Shown here piece by piece: positions 10,196-18,630 of a stretch of DNA of 64,000 nucleotides. Within the stretch, counting starts at the first letter, position 1. Every line of letters begins with the position of its first letter. Below the pieces are notes generated by a model. That model did no database searches. It saw only the letters and a program-made list of their open reading frames with translations, and had not been told where the DNA came from. The position numbers and the translations under genes are program-made. This DNA comes from Eubacteriales bacterium (lineage in GTDB: Bacteria > Bacillota > Clostridia > Oscillospirales > JAAYXM01). The stretch is from NCBI GenBank assembly GCA_045589235.1, contig JAZNOR010000001.1, forward strand, positions 2,503-66,502, given 5' to 3'.

Positions 10196-12115
10196 ATGGC
10201 GACAACAATTGGAATTTTTGCGCACGTTGATGCAGGAAAAACCACTCTGTCCGAGCAGATTTTATATAACACGGGAACACTTCGCGCGCTCGGAAGAGTT
10301 GATGAGAAAAACGCATACTTAGATCATGATTTGATAGAACGTGCGCGTGGTATTACAATTTTTGCGGATGAAGCACCTTTTTCAATAAATGGTAAAAATT
10401 TTTTTATTATCGATACACCGGGCCATGCAGATTTTGGCGGAGAGATGGAGCGCAGTATGTGCGCAATCGACTGCGCAGTTCTGGTAATCAGTGCGGTTGA
10501 AGGGATAGAGAGTCATACACGAACGGTTTGGGAGCTTCTTAGAAAAAATAAAATCCCAACGGTTATTTTTATAAATAAAATCGATAGAGCGGGAGCAGAT
10601 GCAAACGCGATACTCAACGCAGTAAAAAACAGATTTAGTGAAAGTTCAATTTTGTTTGAGAATCCTGAAGAAGAGCTTGCAACAATAAACGATGAATTAT
10701 TAAATGCATATCTTGAGGGAGATGAAAATTTCGACAGTCTGATAAAAAAGGCGGTATTAAGCTGTGAGGTTTATCCGGTGGTTTTTGGCTCTGCTCTCAA
10801 AGGTGAAGGAGTAGATAAGCTTCTTGAAATCTTGGAAAACTACTGCCACCGTGAACATGATGACGAGGGTGATTTTTCAGCTTTAGTATATAAAGTGCGT
10901 CATGAAAAGGGAATTGGCAGAATAACATATCTTAAAATTTTATCAGGCTCACTTTTGCCACGAACAGTTATAAATACGCCTGCCGGCGATGAAAAATGCG
11001 GAGAACTGAGAAGAATAAGTGGTGGGAAATCGGAAACCGTTAAAAAAGCGGTTGCAGGTGAACTTGTTGCAGTCGGCGGACTTTCTGCAAAAGTGGGCGA
11101 TACGGTCGGAGAAAAGGCAAAGCGAGAGCATAAATTCAACTTAATCCCACTTCTTTCAGTGCGAGTATCGGCAGATAAAGAAGTGCCCATTCCTGAGCTT
11201 TTAGGCGATCTGCGAGAGCTTGAGGATGAGGAGCCGTTATATCAAATTGCTTATAACGCAGAGCTTTCTGAAATTCACGTTCAGGTTATGGGAGAAGTAC
11301 AGCTTGAAGTTTTAAAAAGTGTTATGCAGGAGCGATTTGGGATAGAGATAACTTACGGCGAGTGCGAAGTGGTTTATAAAGAGACGATTTCGCAACCTGT
11401 TTACGGCTTTGGCCATTACGAGCCGCTTCGCCATTACTCCGAAGTACATTTTAGGCTTGAACCGAACCCGGGGCGTGGAATTGAATTTGAAAGTGAAGTT
11501 TCGCAGGATGTTTTCGGTGCGAGCTGGCAGCGACTCATTCGCACACACGTTTTTGAAAAAACTCACCGCGGAGTACTTGTCGGCGCACCGATTGAGGATA
11601 TTAAAATTGTTCTGATAGCAGGAAAAGCGCATGAGAAGCACACAGAGGGGGGCGATTTCCGCGAGGCGACATACCGCGGAATACGTCAAGGTCTTATGAA
11701 GGCAAAAAGCGTTTTACTAGAGCCGTGGCTCAATTTTGAAATAGAATGCGAGCCAAGTCTCACGGGCAGAATTTTAACGGATATTCAAGTCTCGGGTGGG
11801 CGGTATGATGCGCCTGAATTTATGGGTGAAAACCAAATTATTCGAGGCGCAGCACCTGCAAAGATACTAATTTCATATGCACGTGAATTAATTCCGATAA
11901 GCGGCGGTAAGGCGCGCATATCGCTTAAATTCTATAAATACTTGCCGTGCAGAGAGCAAGACGAAGTGGTTAAAAAGCTCGGATACGAAGCAGAGCGCGA
12001 TGTGGAAAACACAGCAGATTCAATTTTCTGCATAAAAGGTGCAGGAGTTACGATTAAATGGGATAAGGCGGAGGAGTCAATGAATCTTCCGCTACCAAAA
12101 AAACCGTTGCAATAG
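10196..12115 (+). CDS. translation-factor GTPase of the TetM/TetO (EF-G-like) ribosomal-protection family
   Basis: About 640 aa. G motifs AHVDAGKTT, DTPGH and NKID are present, with EF-G-like domains II to V. The start is set at the ATG 10196, which lies 6 nt after AGGAGGTG. Confidence 0.8.
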   Translation: MATTIGIFAHVDAGKTTLSEQILYNTGTLRALGRVDEKNAYLDHDLIERARGITIFADEAPFSINGKNFFIIDTPGHADFGGEMERSMCAIDCAVLVISAVEGIESHTRTVWELLRKNKIPTVIFINKIDRAGADANAILNAVKNRFSESSILFENPEEELATINDELLNAYLEGDENFDSLIKKAVLSCEVYPVVFGSALKGEGVDKLLEILENYCHREHDDEGDFSALVYKVRHEKGIGRITYLKILSGSLLPRTVINTPAGDEKCGELRRISGGKSETVKKAVAGELVAVGGLSAKVGDTVGEKAKREHKFNLIPLLSVRVSADKEVPIPELLGDLRELEDEEPLYQIAYNAELSEIHVQVMGEVQLEVLKSVMQERFGIEITYGECEVVYKETISQPVYGFGHYEPLRHYSEVHFRLEPNPGRGIEFESEVSQDVFGASWQRLIRTHVFEKTHRGVLVGAPIEDIKIVLIAGKAHEKHTEGGDFREATYRGIRQGLMKAKSVLLEPWLNFEIECEPSLTGRILTDIQVSGGRYDAPEFMGENQIIRGAAPAKILISYARELIPISGGKARISLKFYKYLPCREQDEVVKKLGYEAERDVENTADSIFCIKGAGVTIKWDKAEESMNLPLPKKPLQ

Positions 12116-12128
12116 CAACGGTTTTTTT
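12097..12128. terminator. bidirectional terminator between the GTPase gene and tspO
   Basis: AAAAAAACCGTTGC-AATA-GCAACGGTTTTTTT. The GTPase stop codon lies in the loop. Confidence 0.85.
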
Positions 12129-12130
12129 AT

Positions 12131-12595
12131 TTAATTTAAAATTGCGATTGCAAGGTTTAAATACGCCGCAAAAGTAAGCCATATAAGATATGGAATTTGT
12201 AAATATCCTGCAACAGGTCTCGCTCTGTAAAACGAAACAATCATTGAAAGAACAAGTGCCCATAAGATAATTAACCAAACAAATGCGAAAGTGTATGCCT
12301 GCATATTAAAGAAAAGAATCGGCCAGATAAAATTCACAATCAGTTGCACAGCGTAAATTGTGAGAGCCACTGATTTGTTTTGCGCGTTTGACACATAAAC
12401 GAGGTATGCAGAGATAGCCATAAGTGCGAAAAGAATCGTCCAAACAACGGGAAAAAGCCAGCTGGGCGGAGCAAGTGGCGGGGTTTCAATCTGCCCGTAA
12501 ATCATCATTGAATCACGCGTTACAAAAGCAGACAGCGCGCCTACGCCAAGCGCGATAAGAAGCGAAACAATTAGTTCTTTCCATTTGATTTTCAT
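12131..12595 (-). CDS. tspO: TspO/MBR family tryptophan-rich sensory protein
   Basis: About 154 aa with five TM segments and family motifs (PPLAPPSWLFPVVWTILF, WLTFAAYLN). The start is set at MKIKW, with SD GAGGTGA 5 nt upstream. Confidence 0.85.
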   Translation of the reverse strand: MKIKWKELIVSLLIALGVGALSAFVTRDSMMIYGQIETPPLAPPSWLFPVVWTILFALMAISAYLVYVSNAQNKSVALTIYAVQLIVNFIWPILFFNMQAYTFAFVWLIILWALVLSMIVSFYRARPVAGYLQIPYLIWLTFAAYLNLAIAILN

Positions 12596-12600
12596 AAAAA

Positions 12601-12633
12601 TCACCTCGAAATAGCGTATGTATTTCGAGGTGA
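12601..12633 (-). terminator. perfect 13-bp hairpin plus U5 after the ArsC-family gene; its 3' arm contains the tspO SD
   Basis: The minus-strand RNA reads UCACCUCGAAAUA-CAUACGC-UAUUUCGAGGUGA, then UUUUU, then the AUG at 12595. Confidence 0.7.
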
Positions 12634-12642
12634 AAATATTCA

Positions 12643-12981
12643 TTATTCCCAGGTTTTCCAGATATCGGGACAGTAGCCGACTGTGACACTTTTTCCGTTA
12701 CGCACAAACGGCGCGTTATAAAGCGATGGATTTTCGAAAAGCTTGTCAATTATCGCCGCTTCATCCGCGAGATACGCAATAAATGAGCTTTCATAGTCGC
12801 GCGCCTTTTTATTTATCATAGCATCAAGACCGACGGCAGCTTTTACCGTTTCAAATTCACGCGGGCTCAGGCCATAACGCGCAAGGTCAATTAACTGATA
12901 TTTAATTCGTCTTTCTTTAAAATAACGCTCTGCCTTTTTCGTATCAAAGCTTTTTGCCATTCCGTAAATTTGAATATTCAT
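12643..12981 (-). CDS. ArsC/Spx/YffB-family thioredoxin-fold protein
   Basis: About 112 aa. Begins MNIQIYGMAKSFDTKKAERYFKERRIKYQ, which is the family-typical beta-alpha start. The CXXC/S position reads SFDT. SD AGGTGGTG lies upstream of the ATG at 12981. Confidence 0.75.
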   Translation of the reverse strand: MNIQIYGMAKSFDTKKAERYFKERRIKYQLIDLARYGLSPREFETVKAAVGLDAMINKKARDYESSFIAYLADEAAIIDKLFENPSLYNAPFVRNGKSVTVGYCPDIWKTWE

Positions 12982-13034
12982 ACAGCACCACCTGAAAAAA
13001 TTATAAAATAAGTATAGCATATTTTTTTGCATTA

Positions 13035-13043
13035 TGCTATACT
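13035..13043 (+). promoter_or_regulatory. extended -10 promoter element (TGcTATACT) for the hyd operon leader
   Basis: TGCTATACT lies at 13035-13043. The -35 region is weak. Confidence 0.45.
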
Positions 13044-13116
13044 AAATATGTACCCGATTTTTAAGATGTTTTTTCTGCGAAAAAGGGGCGAGAAATTTAA
13101 ACGCTACCCGTGTATT

Positions 13117-13148
13117 AAAGTCGCCCTTTTTGGGCGACTTTTTGTTTT
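13117..13148 (+). terminator. intrinsic-terminator-like hairpin inside the hyd operon 5' leader
   Basis: AAAGTCGCCC-TTTTT-GGGCGACTTT is followed by TTGTTTT. It ends 12 nt before the ATG at 13161. No upstream + strand gene exists for it to terminate. Confidence 0.6.
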
Positions 13149-13160
13149 GGAGAGATTTGT

Positions 13161-13418
13161 ATGAACAGAATTGCACTTATCGGAATTATAGTTGAAGATG
13201 GAAGTTCAACGGCAAAATTAAATGAAATTCTGCACGAATATGCGGAATATATTGTCGGCAGAATGGGTGTGCCGTACAGAGACCGCGGAGTGTGTATTAT
13301 AAGCATAATCGTCGATGCGGAAAATAACATAATCAGCGCAATGTCGGGAAAGCTGGGTCAGCTTCCCGGTGTTCAGATCAAAACCATGTATGCAAAGGCA
13401 GGCGATGCGAATGGATAA
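13161..13418 (+). CDS. TM1266-family putative iron-only hydrogenase system regulator (small ACT/ferredoxin-like fold)
   Basis: 85 aa. Begins MNRIALIGIIVED... and carries GVPYRDRGVCIISIIVDA, both typical of the family. It lies directly upstream of hydE, and its stop overlaps the hydE start. Confidence 0.72.
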   Translation: MNRIALIGIIVEDGSSTAKLNEILHEYAEYIVGRMGVPYRDRGVCIISIIVDAENNIISAMSGKLGQLPGVQIKTMYAKAGDANG

Positions 13419-14364
13419 AGAAAAGCTTGCGTCGGCAATCTCACAAGAAGATTTCAGCGAATATTACAGTAAAGCGCATAAAGTATGTCGTGAAGTTAAA
13501 GGCGATGTTGTTCATCTGCGCGCGATAATTGAATTTTCAAATTATTGCCGAAGAAACTGCGCATATTGCGGTTTAAATTGCGAAAATGCAAAGCTAACTC
13601 GTTACCGTATGGAGCCCGAGGAAATAATTGATGTCGGAATCCGAGCGCATCGCGCAGGTTATAAAACGCTTGTAATGCAGTCGGGGGAAGACCCGTATTA
13701 TACACGTGAAATGATTGGCGAAATTGTTAAAGAGCTAGCTGCAGAGGGCATTATAATAACCTTAAGCTGTGGCGAGAGAGAAGAGGAAGAATATAGGTAT
13801 TGGAAAGAGTGTGGAGCCCATCGCTATCTTTTAAAGCACGAAACGGCAAACAGTGAGCTCTATGCAAAATTGCATCCCGGATATACATTGGATGCGCGAA
13901 TAAACTGTCTGCGCGCAATTAAGAAAGCGGGATATGAAACAGGAAGCGGTTTTATGATTGGTCTTCCAGGGGAGACGTCTGAGAGCATAGCAGATAATAT
14001 TTTGCTTTTAGATGAGCTGGATTGCGATATGGCGGGAATCGGTCCGTTTATACCGCATCCCGATACGCCGATGAGGAATGCACATCCCGGTTCTGTAGAG
14101 CTTACTCAGCGAGCAGTGGCGCTCACACGAATTATGCGCCCCTTTATGAATCTACCGGCAACGACGGCGCTTGGAGTTCGCGACATGGCGGCAAGAGAGA
14201 ATGTTTTTTCGCGCGGTGCGAATGTAATTATGCGCAAGGTAACGCCGGAGCCGTATAAGTCATTATATGAAATTTATCCCGCAAAGCTTTCGAAAACAGA
14301 TATAAAAAAAGAGCGAGAGGAGCTTTGTGAGTTCATAAAAAGTCTGGGTAAAATACCCGAATAA
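13411..14364 (+). CDS. hydE: [FeFe]-hydrogenase maturase HydE (radical SAM)
   Basis: Has the radical-SAM CxxxCxxC motif (CRRNCAYCGL). It is BioB-like and sits in hydE-hydG context. The start is chosen at ATG 13411, which overlaps the upstream stop. The track start at 13369 is also possible. Confidence 0.88.
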   Translation: MDKEKLASAISQEDFSEYYSKAHKVCREVKGDVVHLRAIIEFSNYCRRNCAYCGLNCENAKLTRYRMEPEEIIDVGIRAHRAGYKTLVMQSGEDPYYTREMIGEIVKELAAEGIIITLSCGEREEEEYRYWKECGAHRYLLKHETANSELYAKLHPGYTLDARINCLRAIKKAGYETGSGFMIGLPGETSESIADNILLLDELDCDMAGIGPFIPHPDTPMRNAHPGSVELTQRAVALTRIMRPFMNLPATTALGVRDMAARENVFSRGANVIMRKVTPEPYKSLYEIYPAKLSKTDIKKEREELCEFIKSLGKIPE

Positions 14365-14376
14365 AGGAGAATAAAT

Positions 14377-15795
14377 ATGTATAACAGCAAATCAAAAAAC
14401 GCAGTTGAATTTATAAGCAACGAGGAAATTTTAAAAACAATAGCTTATGCAGAAGAAAACAAGGGGAATAAAGCACTTTTAAAGGAAATTCTTGAAAAGG
14501 GAAAGCTTTATAAGGGCTTAAATTACAAAGAGGCAATTACCCTTCTTTTAAGCGACGACGCAGAAATTCAGAATGAAATGTTCGAGCTCGCAATGGAGAT
14601 TAAGAGAAAAATTTACGGCAACAGAATTGTTATGTTTGCCCCTCTTTACTTATCAAATCACTGTGTTAACGGATGTCGCTATTGCCCGTATCACTACGGC
14701 AATAAATGTATCGCACGCAAAAAATTAACCCAAGAGGAAATTAAGCGCGAAGTAATTGCACTTCAGGATATGGGACATAAGAGACTTGCGCTTGAAACGG
14801 GTGAGGACCCGGTAAATTCTCCGATTGAATATGTGCTCGAGAGCATTAAAACAATTTACGGAATCCATCATAAAAACGGTGCAATACGCCGTGTTAACGT
14901 AAATATTGCGGCGACAACAGTTGAAAATTACAGAAAACTCAAAGAAGCAGGAATCGGTACTTACATCCTTTTCCAGGAAACATATGATAAGGAGCGCTAT
15001 GAATATCTCCATCCGACCGGACCTAAGCACAACTATGCTTATCATACCGAGGCTATGGACCGCGCTATGGAGGGAGGAATTGATGATGTCGGCATCGGCG
15101 TACTTTTCGGGCTTTCAGACTATCGTTATGACTTTATCGGGCTTTTGATGCATGCACAGCACTTAGAGGACACATTCGGCGTAGGACCGCACACAATCAG
15201 TGTTCCGCGTATTCGACCTGCTGCGGATGTTGACCTTACCGAATATCCGAATGCGATTGACGACGAATTATTCAGAAAGCTTGTTGCAGTGCTCAGAATC
15301 GCCGTCCCGTATACAGGAATTATTATTTCAACACGTGAATCTGAGCAATCAAGAGCTGATGTATTAAAGGTTGGCGTTTCGCAGATAAGCGGAGGCTCAT
15401 CCACAAGTGTTGGCGGATATGTTGAAAAAGAAAAGGAAGAGGAGAATTCCGCGCAGTTTGAGGTTAACGATACACGCACACTTGATGAAATTGTAGGCTG
15501 GCTTATGGAGCTTGGATATATGCCGTCGTTCTGCACTGCGTGCTACCGAGAGGGAAGAACGGGTGACCGCTTTATGCAGCTTGCAAAAACAGGTCAGATT
15601 GCAAATGTCTGCCAGGCAAATGCAATTATGACGCTCAAGGAATATTTAGAGGATTACGCGAGCGATAACACAAAGAAAATCGGCGAAAAGCTCATTGCAG
15701 AGGAATGCACACGTATCCCGAATGAAAAAGTTCGCGCAACTGTTGAAGAGCATTTATGTGACTTATCTGAAGGAAAACGCGACTTCAGATTTTAA
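14377..15795 (+). CDS. hydG: [FeFe]-hydrogenase maturase HydG (radical SAM tyrosine lyase)
   Basis: 472 aa. Has an N-terminal CVNGCRYCPY cluster motif and a C-terminal CTACYR cluster motif. It is ThiH-like. Confidence 0.93.
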   Translation: MYNSKSKNAVEFISNEEILKTIAYAEENKGNKALLKEILEKGKLYKGLNYKEAITLLLSDDAEIQNEMFELAMEIKRKIYGNRIVMFAPLYLSNHCVNGCRYCPYHYGNKCIARKKLTQEEIKREVIALQDMGHKRLALETGEDPVNSPIEYVLESIKTIYGIHHKNGAIRRVNVNIAATTVENYRKLKEAGIGTYILFQETYDKERYEYLHPTGPKHNYAYHTEAMDRAMEGGIDDVGIGVLFGLSDYRYDFIGLLMHAQHLEDTFGVGPHTISVPRIRPAADVDLTEYPNAIDDELFRKLVAVLRIAVPYTGIIISTRESEQSRADVLKVGVSQISGGSSTSVGGYVEKEKEEENSAQFEVNDTRTLDEIVGWLMELGYMPSFCTACYREGRTGDRFMQLAKTGQIANVCQANAIMTLKEYLEDYASDNTKKIGEKLIAEECTRIPNEKVRATVEEHLCDLSEGKRDFRF

Positions 15796-16005
15796 GCTGA
15801 GTGGCATCGAACCCCTTAAGGTTTAAAAAACTAAATTTTGCGAAATACTGCATAAAATTCCTCGAACATACGACAGTATAGTTCTCAAATTTTATTTGTC
15901 TTTCAACAAAATTTATTGTTTTTTAAACTACATTTTTTAATACAAAAAAATAACAAAAGCAAGACTTGAGTGGTTCGACACCACTCAACTTTAGGAGGAG
16001 TTTTT

Positions 16006-17187
16006 GTGTCACTTAACCAGACCCCAAGTGGAAACAGACTTCACATAACGATACTCGGCCGCAGAAACGCAGGAAAATCAACGCTTATAAATGCACTTGT
16101 CGGTTCAGATGTTGCGATAACATCGCCGTATGCGGGAACAACTGCTGATCCTGTGAGCAAGGCGTATGAATTGCACCCAATTGGCCCGTGTCTTATAACC
16201 GATACCGCAGGATTTGATGATGAGGGTGAGCTCGGCGCACTTCGTGTTGAAAAGACAAAAGCGGCACTTGATAAAACGGATATTGCAATTTTAGTTTTTG
16301 CAGATGAAGATATATCAGAGGAGCTTATTTGGCATAAGCTTTTAAATGATAAGAAAATTCCGACCATTTGTGTTGCAAATAAAAGCGATGTTGTGTCTAA
16401 TCTTTTAAAAAAATTAAAAGAGCAGGGGATAGATGCAGTTAAAGTTAGTGCGCTAAATAAAACGGGAATAGACGAGCTTAAAAATGCAATTGTGCGCGCT
16501 GTACCGTCGGATTACGATGCAATTTCACTTACAGGTCATTTAGTATCGCCAAATGATGTTGTGCTTCTTGTAATGCCACAGGACATTCAGGCGCCGAAGG
16601 GAAGACTTATTTTGCCGCAGGTGCAAACGATACGCGATTTGCTCGACGGACACTGTGTCGTAGTCTGCGCAACGCTTAAAGAGTACCCGAATGCGCTAAA
16701 TGCACTTAAAAATCCGCCTAAGGTTATAATTTGCGACAGTCAAGTGTTCCGCGAAGTATATGAAAAAAAGCCGGAGGGCAGTTTGCTTACCTCATTTTCC
16801 GTTATATTTGCAAATTATAAGGGAGATATCGAAGAATTTGTTCGCGGGGCTGAAGCGATATCAAGCCTCAAGCCGGGCGATAATGTGCTGATTGCCGAGG
16901 CATGCTTACACAATGCGCAAGACGGAGATATTGCGCGCGTTAAAATTCCGAACCTACTTCGCAAAAAGGTTGGCGGAGAGCTGAATATTGACGTGATAAG
17001 CGGAATGAGTTTTAACGATGATCTGTCAAAATATAAGCTTATCATCCACTGCGGCGCTTGTATGTTTAACAGAAAATATGTGCTGTCGCGAATAGAAAAA
17101 GCGAGAGAGGCGCAGGTTCCGATAACGAATTACGGAGTGGCACTTGCATATCTAACAGGCATTTTGCCGTATATTGAAGTAAAATAA
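16006..17187 (+). CDS. hydF: [FeFe]-hydrogenase maturation GTPase HydF
   Basis: Has the P-loop GRRNAGKST, DTAGF, NKSD and a C-terminal CxHx..HCGAC cluster motif. The start is set at GTG 16006, 7 nt after AGGAGG. The track start at 15970 lies inside a hairpin. Confidence 0.9.
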   Translation: MSLNQTPSGNRLHITILGRRNAGKSTLINALVGSDVAITSPYAGTTADPVSKAYELHPIGPCLITDTAGFDDEGELGALRVEKTKAALDKTDIAILVFADEDISEELIWHKLLNDKKIPTICVANKSDVVSNLLKKLKEQGIDAVKVSALNKTGIDELKNAIVRAVPSDYDAISLTGHLVSPNDVVLLVMPQDIQAPKGRLILPQVQTIRDLLDGHCVVVCATLKEYPNALNALKNPPKVIICDSQVFREVYEKKPEGSLLTSFSVIFANYKGDIEEFVRGAEAISSLKPGDNVLIAEACLHNAQDGDIARVKIPNLLRKKVGGELNIDVISGMSFNDDLSKYKLIIHCGACMFNRKYVLSRIEKAREAQVPITNYGVALAYLTGILPYIEVK

Positions 17188-17220
17188 ATTAGGCACCTAT
17201 GTTAACATAGGTGCCTAATT
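17187..17220. terminator. 15-bp perfect palindrome between hydF and the convergent GT2 gene
   Basis: AATTAGGCACCTATG-TTAA-CATAGGTGCCTAATT. Confidence 0.75.
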
Positions 17221-18488
17221 TATTTATCTGTATCAATATCATCAATTGTTTTGGTAACACCGTGGTGGATTGGTTTCCACTCGACCTTTTTAAACAGAGC
17301 TGCAATTGAAATCGGAATATACGTGAAAAGGAATAAGGGGAAGGTAATTACATAGAAAATTTTTTTCCATTTCTTTCCTCGAATTTTCTTCCACTCGGTA
17401 ATTGTTGTTATCGCACCGAAGAGGAAGATGATACCATAAAACTGCAAAACATTCATACATAATGAAATAACAGTATGGCTGAACATTCTTGGCATTGTTT
17501 CGATATTGCAGAACGCAATCACAGCGAAAATAGCATTCATTATGATGGTGAGAAGTGTTACGAACATAGCAGGAGTTACCGTCATAAACATGTCGTAACA
17601 GGAGAAGCTTTTTTCAAAAATCGCAGTTTTAACAAGCTTTCTGCCGTATTTTGCAAAGACTTGGTAGAAGCCTTTTGCCCAGCGCATTCTCTGGCGCCAA
17701 GACTGTGAAAAAAGCTCGGGCTGTTCATCATAGAGATGTGCAGTGTCGCAATAGCCAATCATACCGCCGTTAATTGCATTGTCGATAGAAAACTCAATGT
17801 CTTCGGTGAGCAGGTGATATTTCCAACCGCCGTTTTTAACAATGACTTCATCAGAAACCAAAAAGCCTGTTCCGGAGACCGCGCAGGATGTACCTAAAAT
17901 CATACGCGCATTGTTAAGATAACGCGCTTCGCGTAAAAACCAAAGCGAAGAGCCTGCGGAAATCCAGTTAGTATCGTAATTCTTTGAGTTGCGGTAGCTT
18001 GTTACCATAAGATATCCCGCATCGAAAACAGAATTCATCTCACCAATATAATTTTCATCCAGAAGGTTATCGGCATCAAAGATAAACCAGCCTTCATAAC
18101 CACGGTCTGCATAGTCTCTATGTAAAATATCAAAAGCATAGTCAAGTGCATAGCCTTTTCCGATAAGCTCGGTATTATTGCGCACAAATACAGTTGCGCC
18201 GGCATTTTCTGCAATTTCAGCCGTGTTATCTGTGCAGTTATCGGCGATAACGAAAACATCAACAAGCTCTTTCGGATAATTTTGTTTATTGATACTCTCG
18301 ATAAGCTGCGCTATAACAGCGCTTTCATTTCGCGCTGAAATAATAATGCCGTATTTGTGATTATTCTTTGCAGTAAAGTGCTTGCTTTTACAGCAAAGTG
18401 CAACAATTGTATAAACAATCTGATAAAAATAAAAAACAGTAAATAGAATAAAAACAATTAAATTAAACGAAGTAATAAACGAATACAT
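17220..18488 (-). CDS. membrane-embedded processive family-2 glycosyltransferase (cellulose/PNAG/hyaluronan-synthase-like)
   Basis: About 422 aa with one N-terminal TM and a C-terminal TM bundle. Motifs are FDADN (DxD), LTEDIEFS (TED) and QRMRWAKG (QxxRW). The start is set at MYSFITS, with SD GGAGGTG 6 nt upstream. Confidence 0.82.
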   Translation of the reverse strand: MYSFITSFNLIVFILFTVFYFYQIVYTIVALCCKSKHFTAKNNHKYGIIISARNESAVIAQLIESINKQNYPKELVDVFVIADNCTDNTAEIAENAGATVFVRNNTELIGKGYALDYAFDILHRDYADRGYEGWFIFDADNLLDENYIGEMNSVFDAGYLMVTSYRNSKNYDTNWISAGSSLWFLREARYLNNARMILGTSCAVSGTGFLVSDEVIVKNGGWKYHLLTEDIEFSIDNAINGGMIGYCDTAHLYDEQPELFSQSWRQRMRWAKGFYQVFAKYGRKLVKTAIFEKSFSCYDMFMTVTPAMFVTLLTIIMNAIFAVIAFCNIETMPRMFSHTVISLCMNVLQFYGIIFLFGAITTITEWKKIRGKKWKKIFYVITFPLFLFTYIPISIAALFKKVEWKPIHHGVTKTIDDIDTDK

Positions 18489-18630
18489 ATAATGCACCTC
18501 CGTAATACCATAGAAGTATAACATAAAAAAAAGAAAAATACAATTCTTTTGAGCAAAAAAATGTTTAGCAAAAAGCTTGTTTTGAATGTCGATTTATAGT
18601 ATTATAGAAAGAATGAGGAGTGATCATCCA

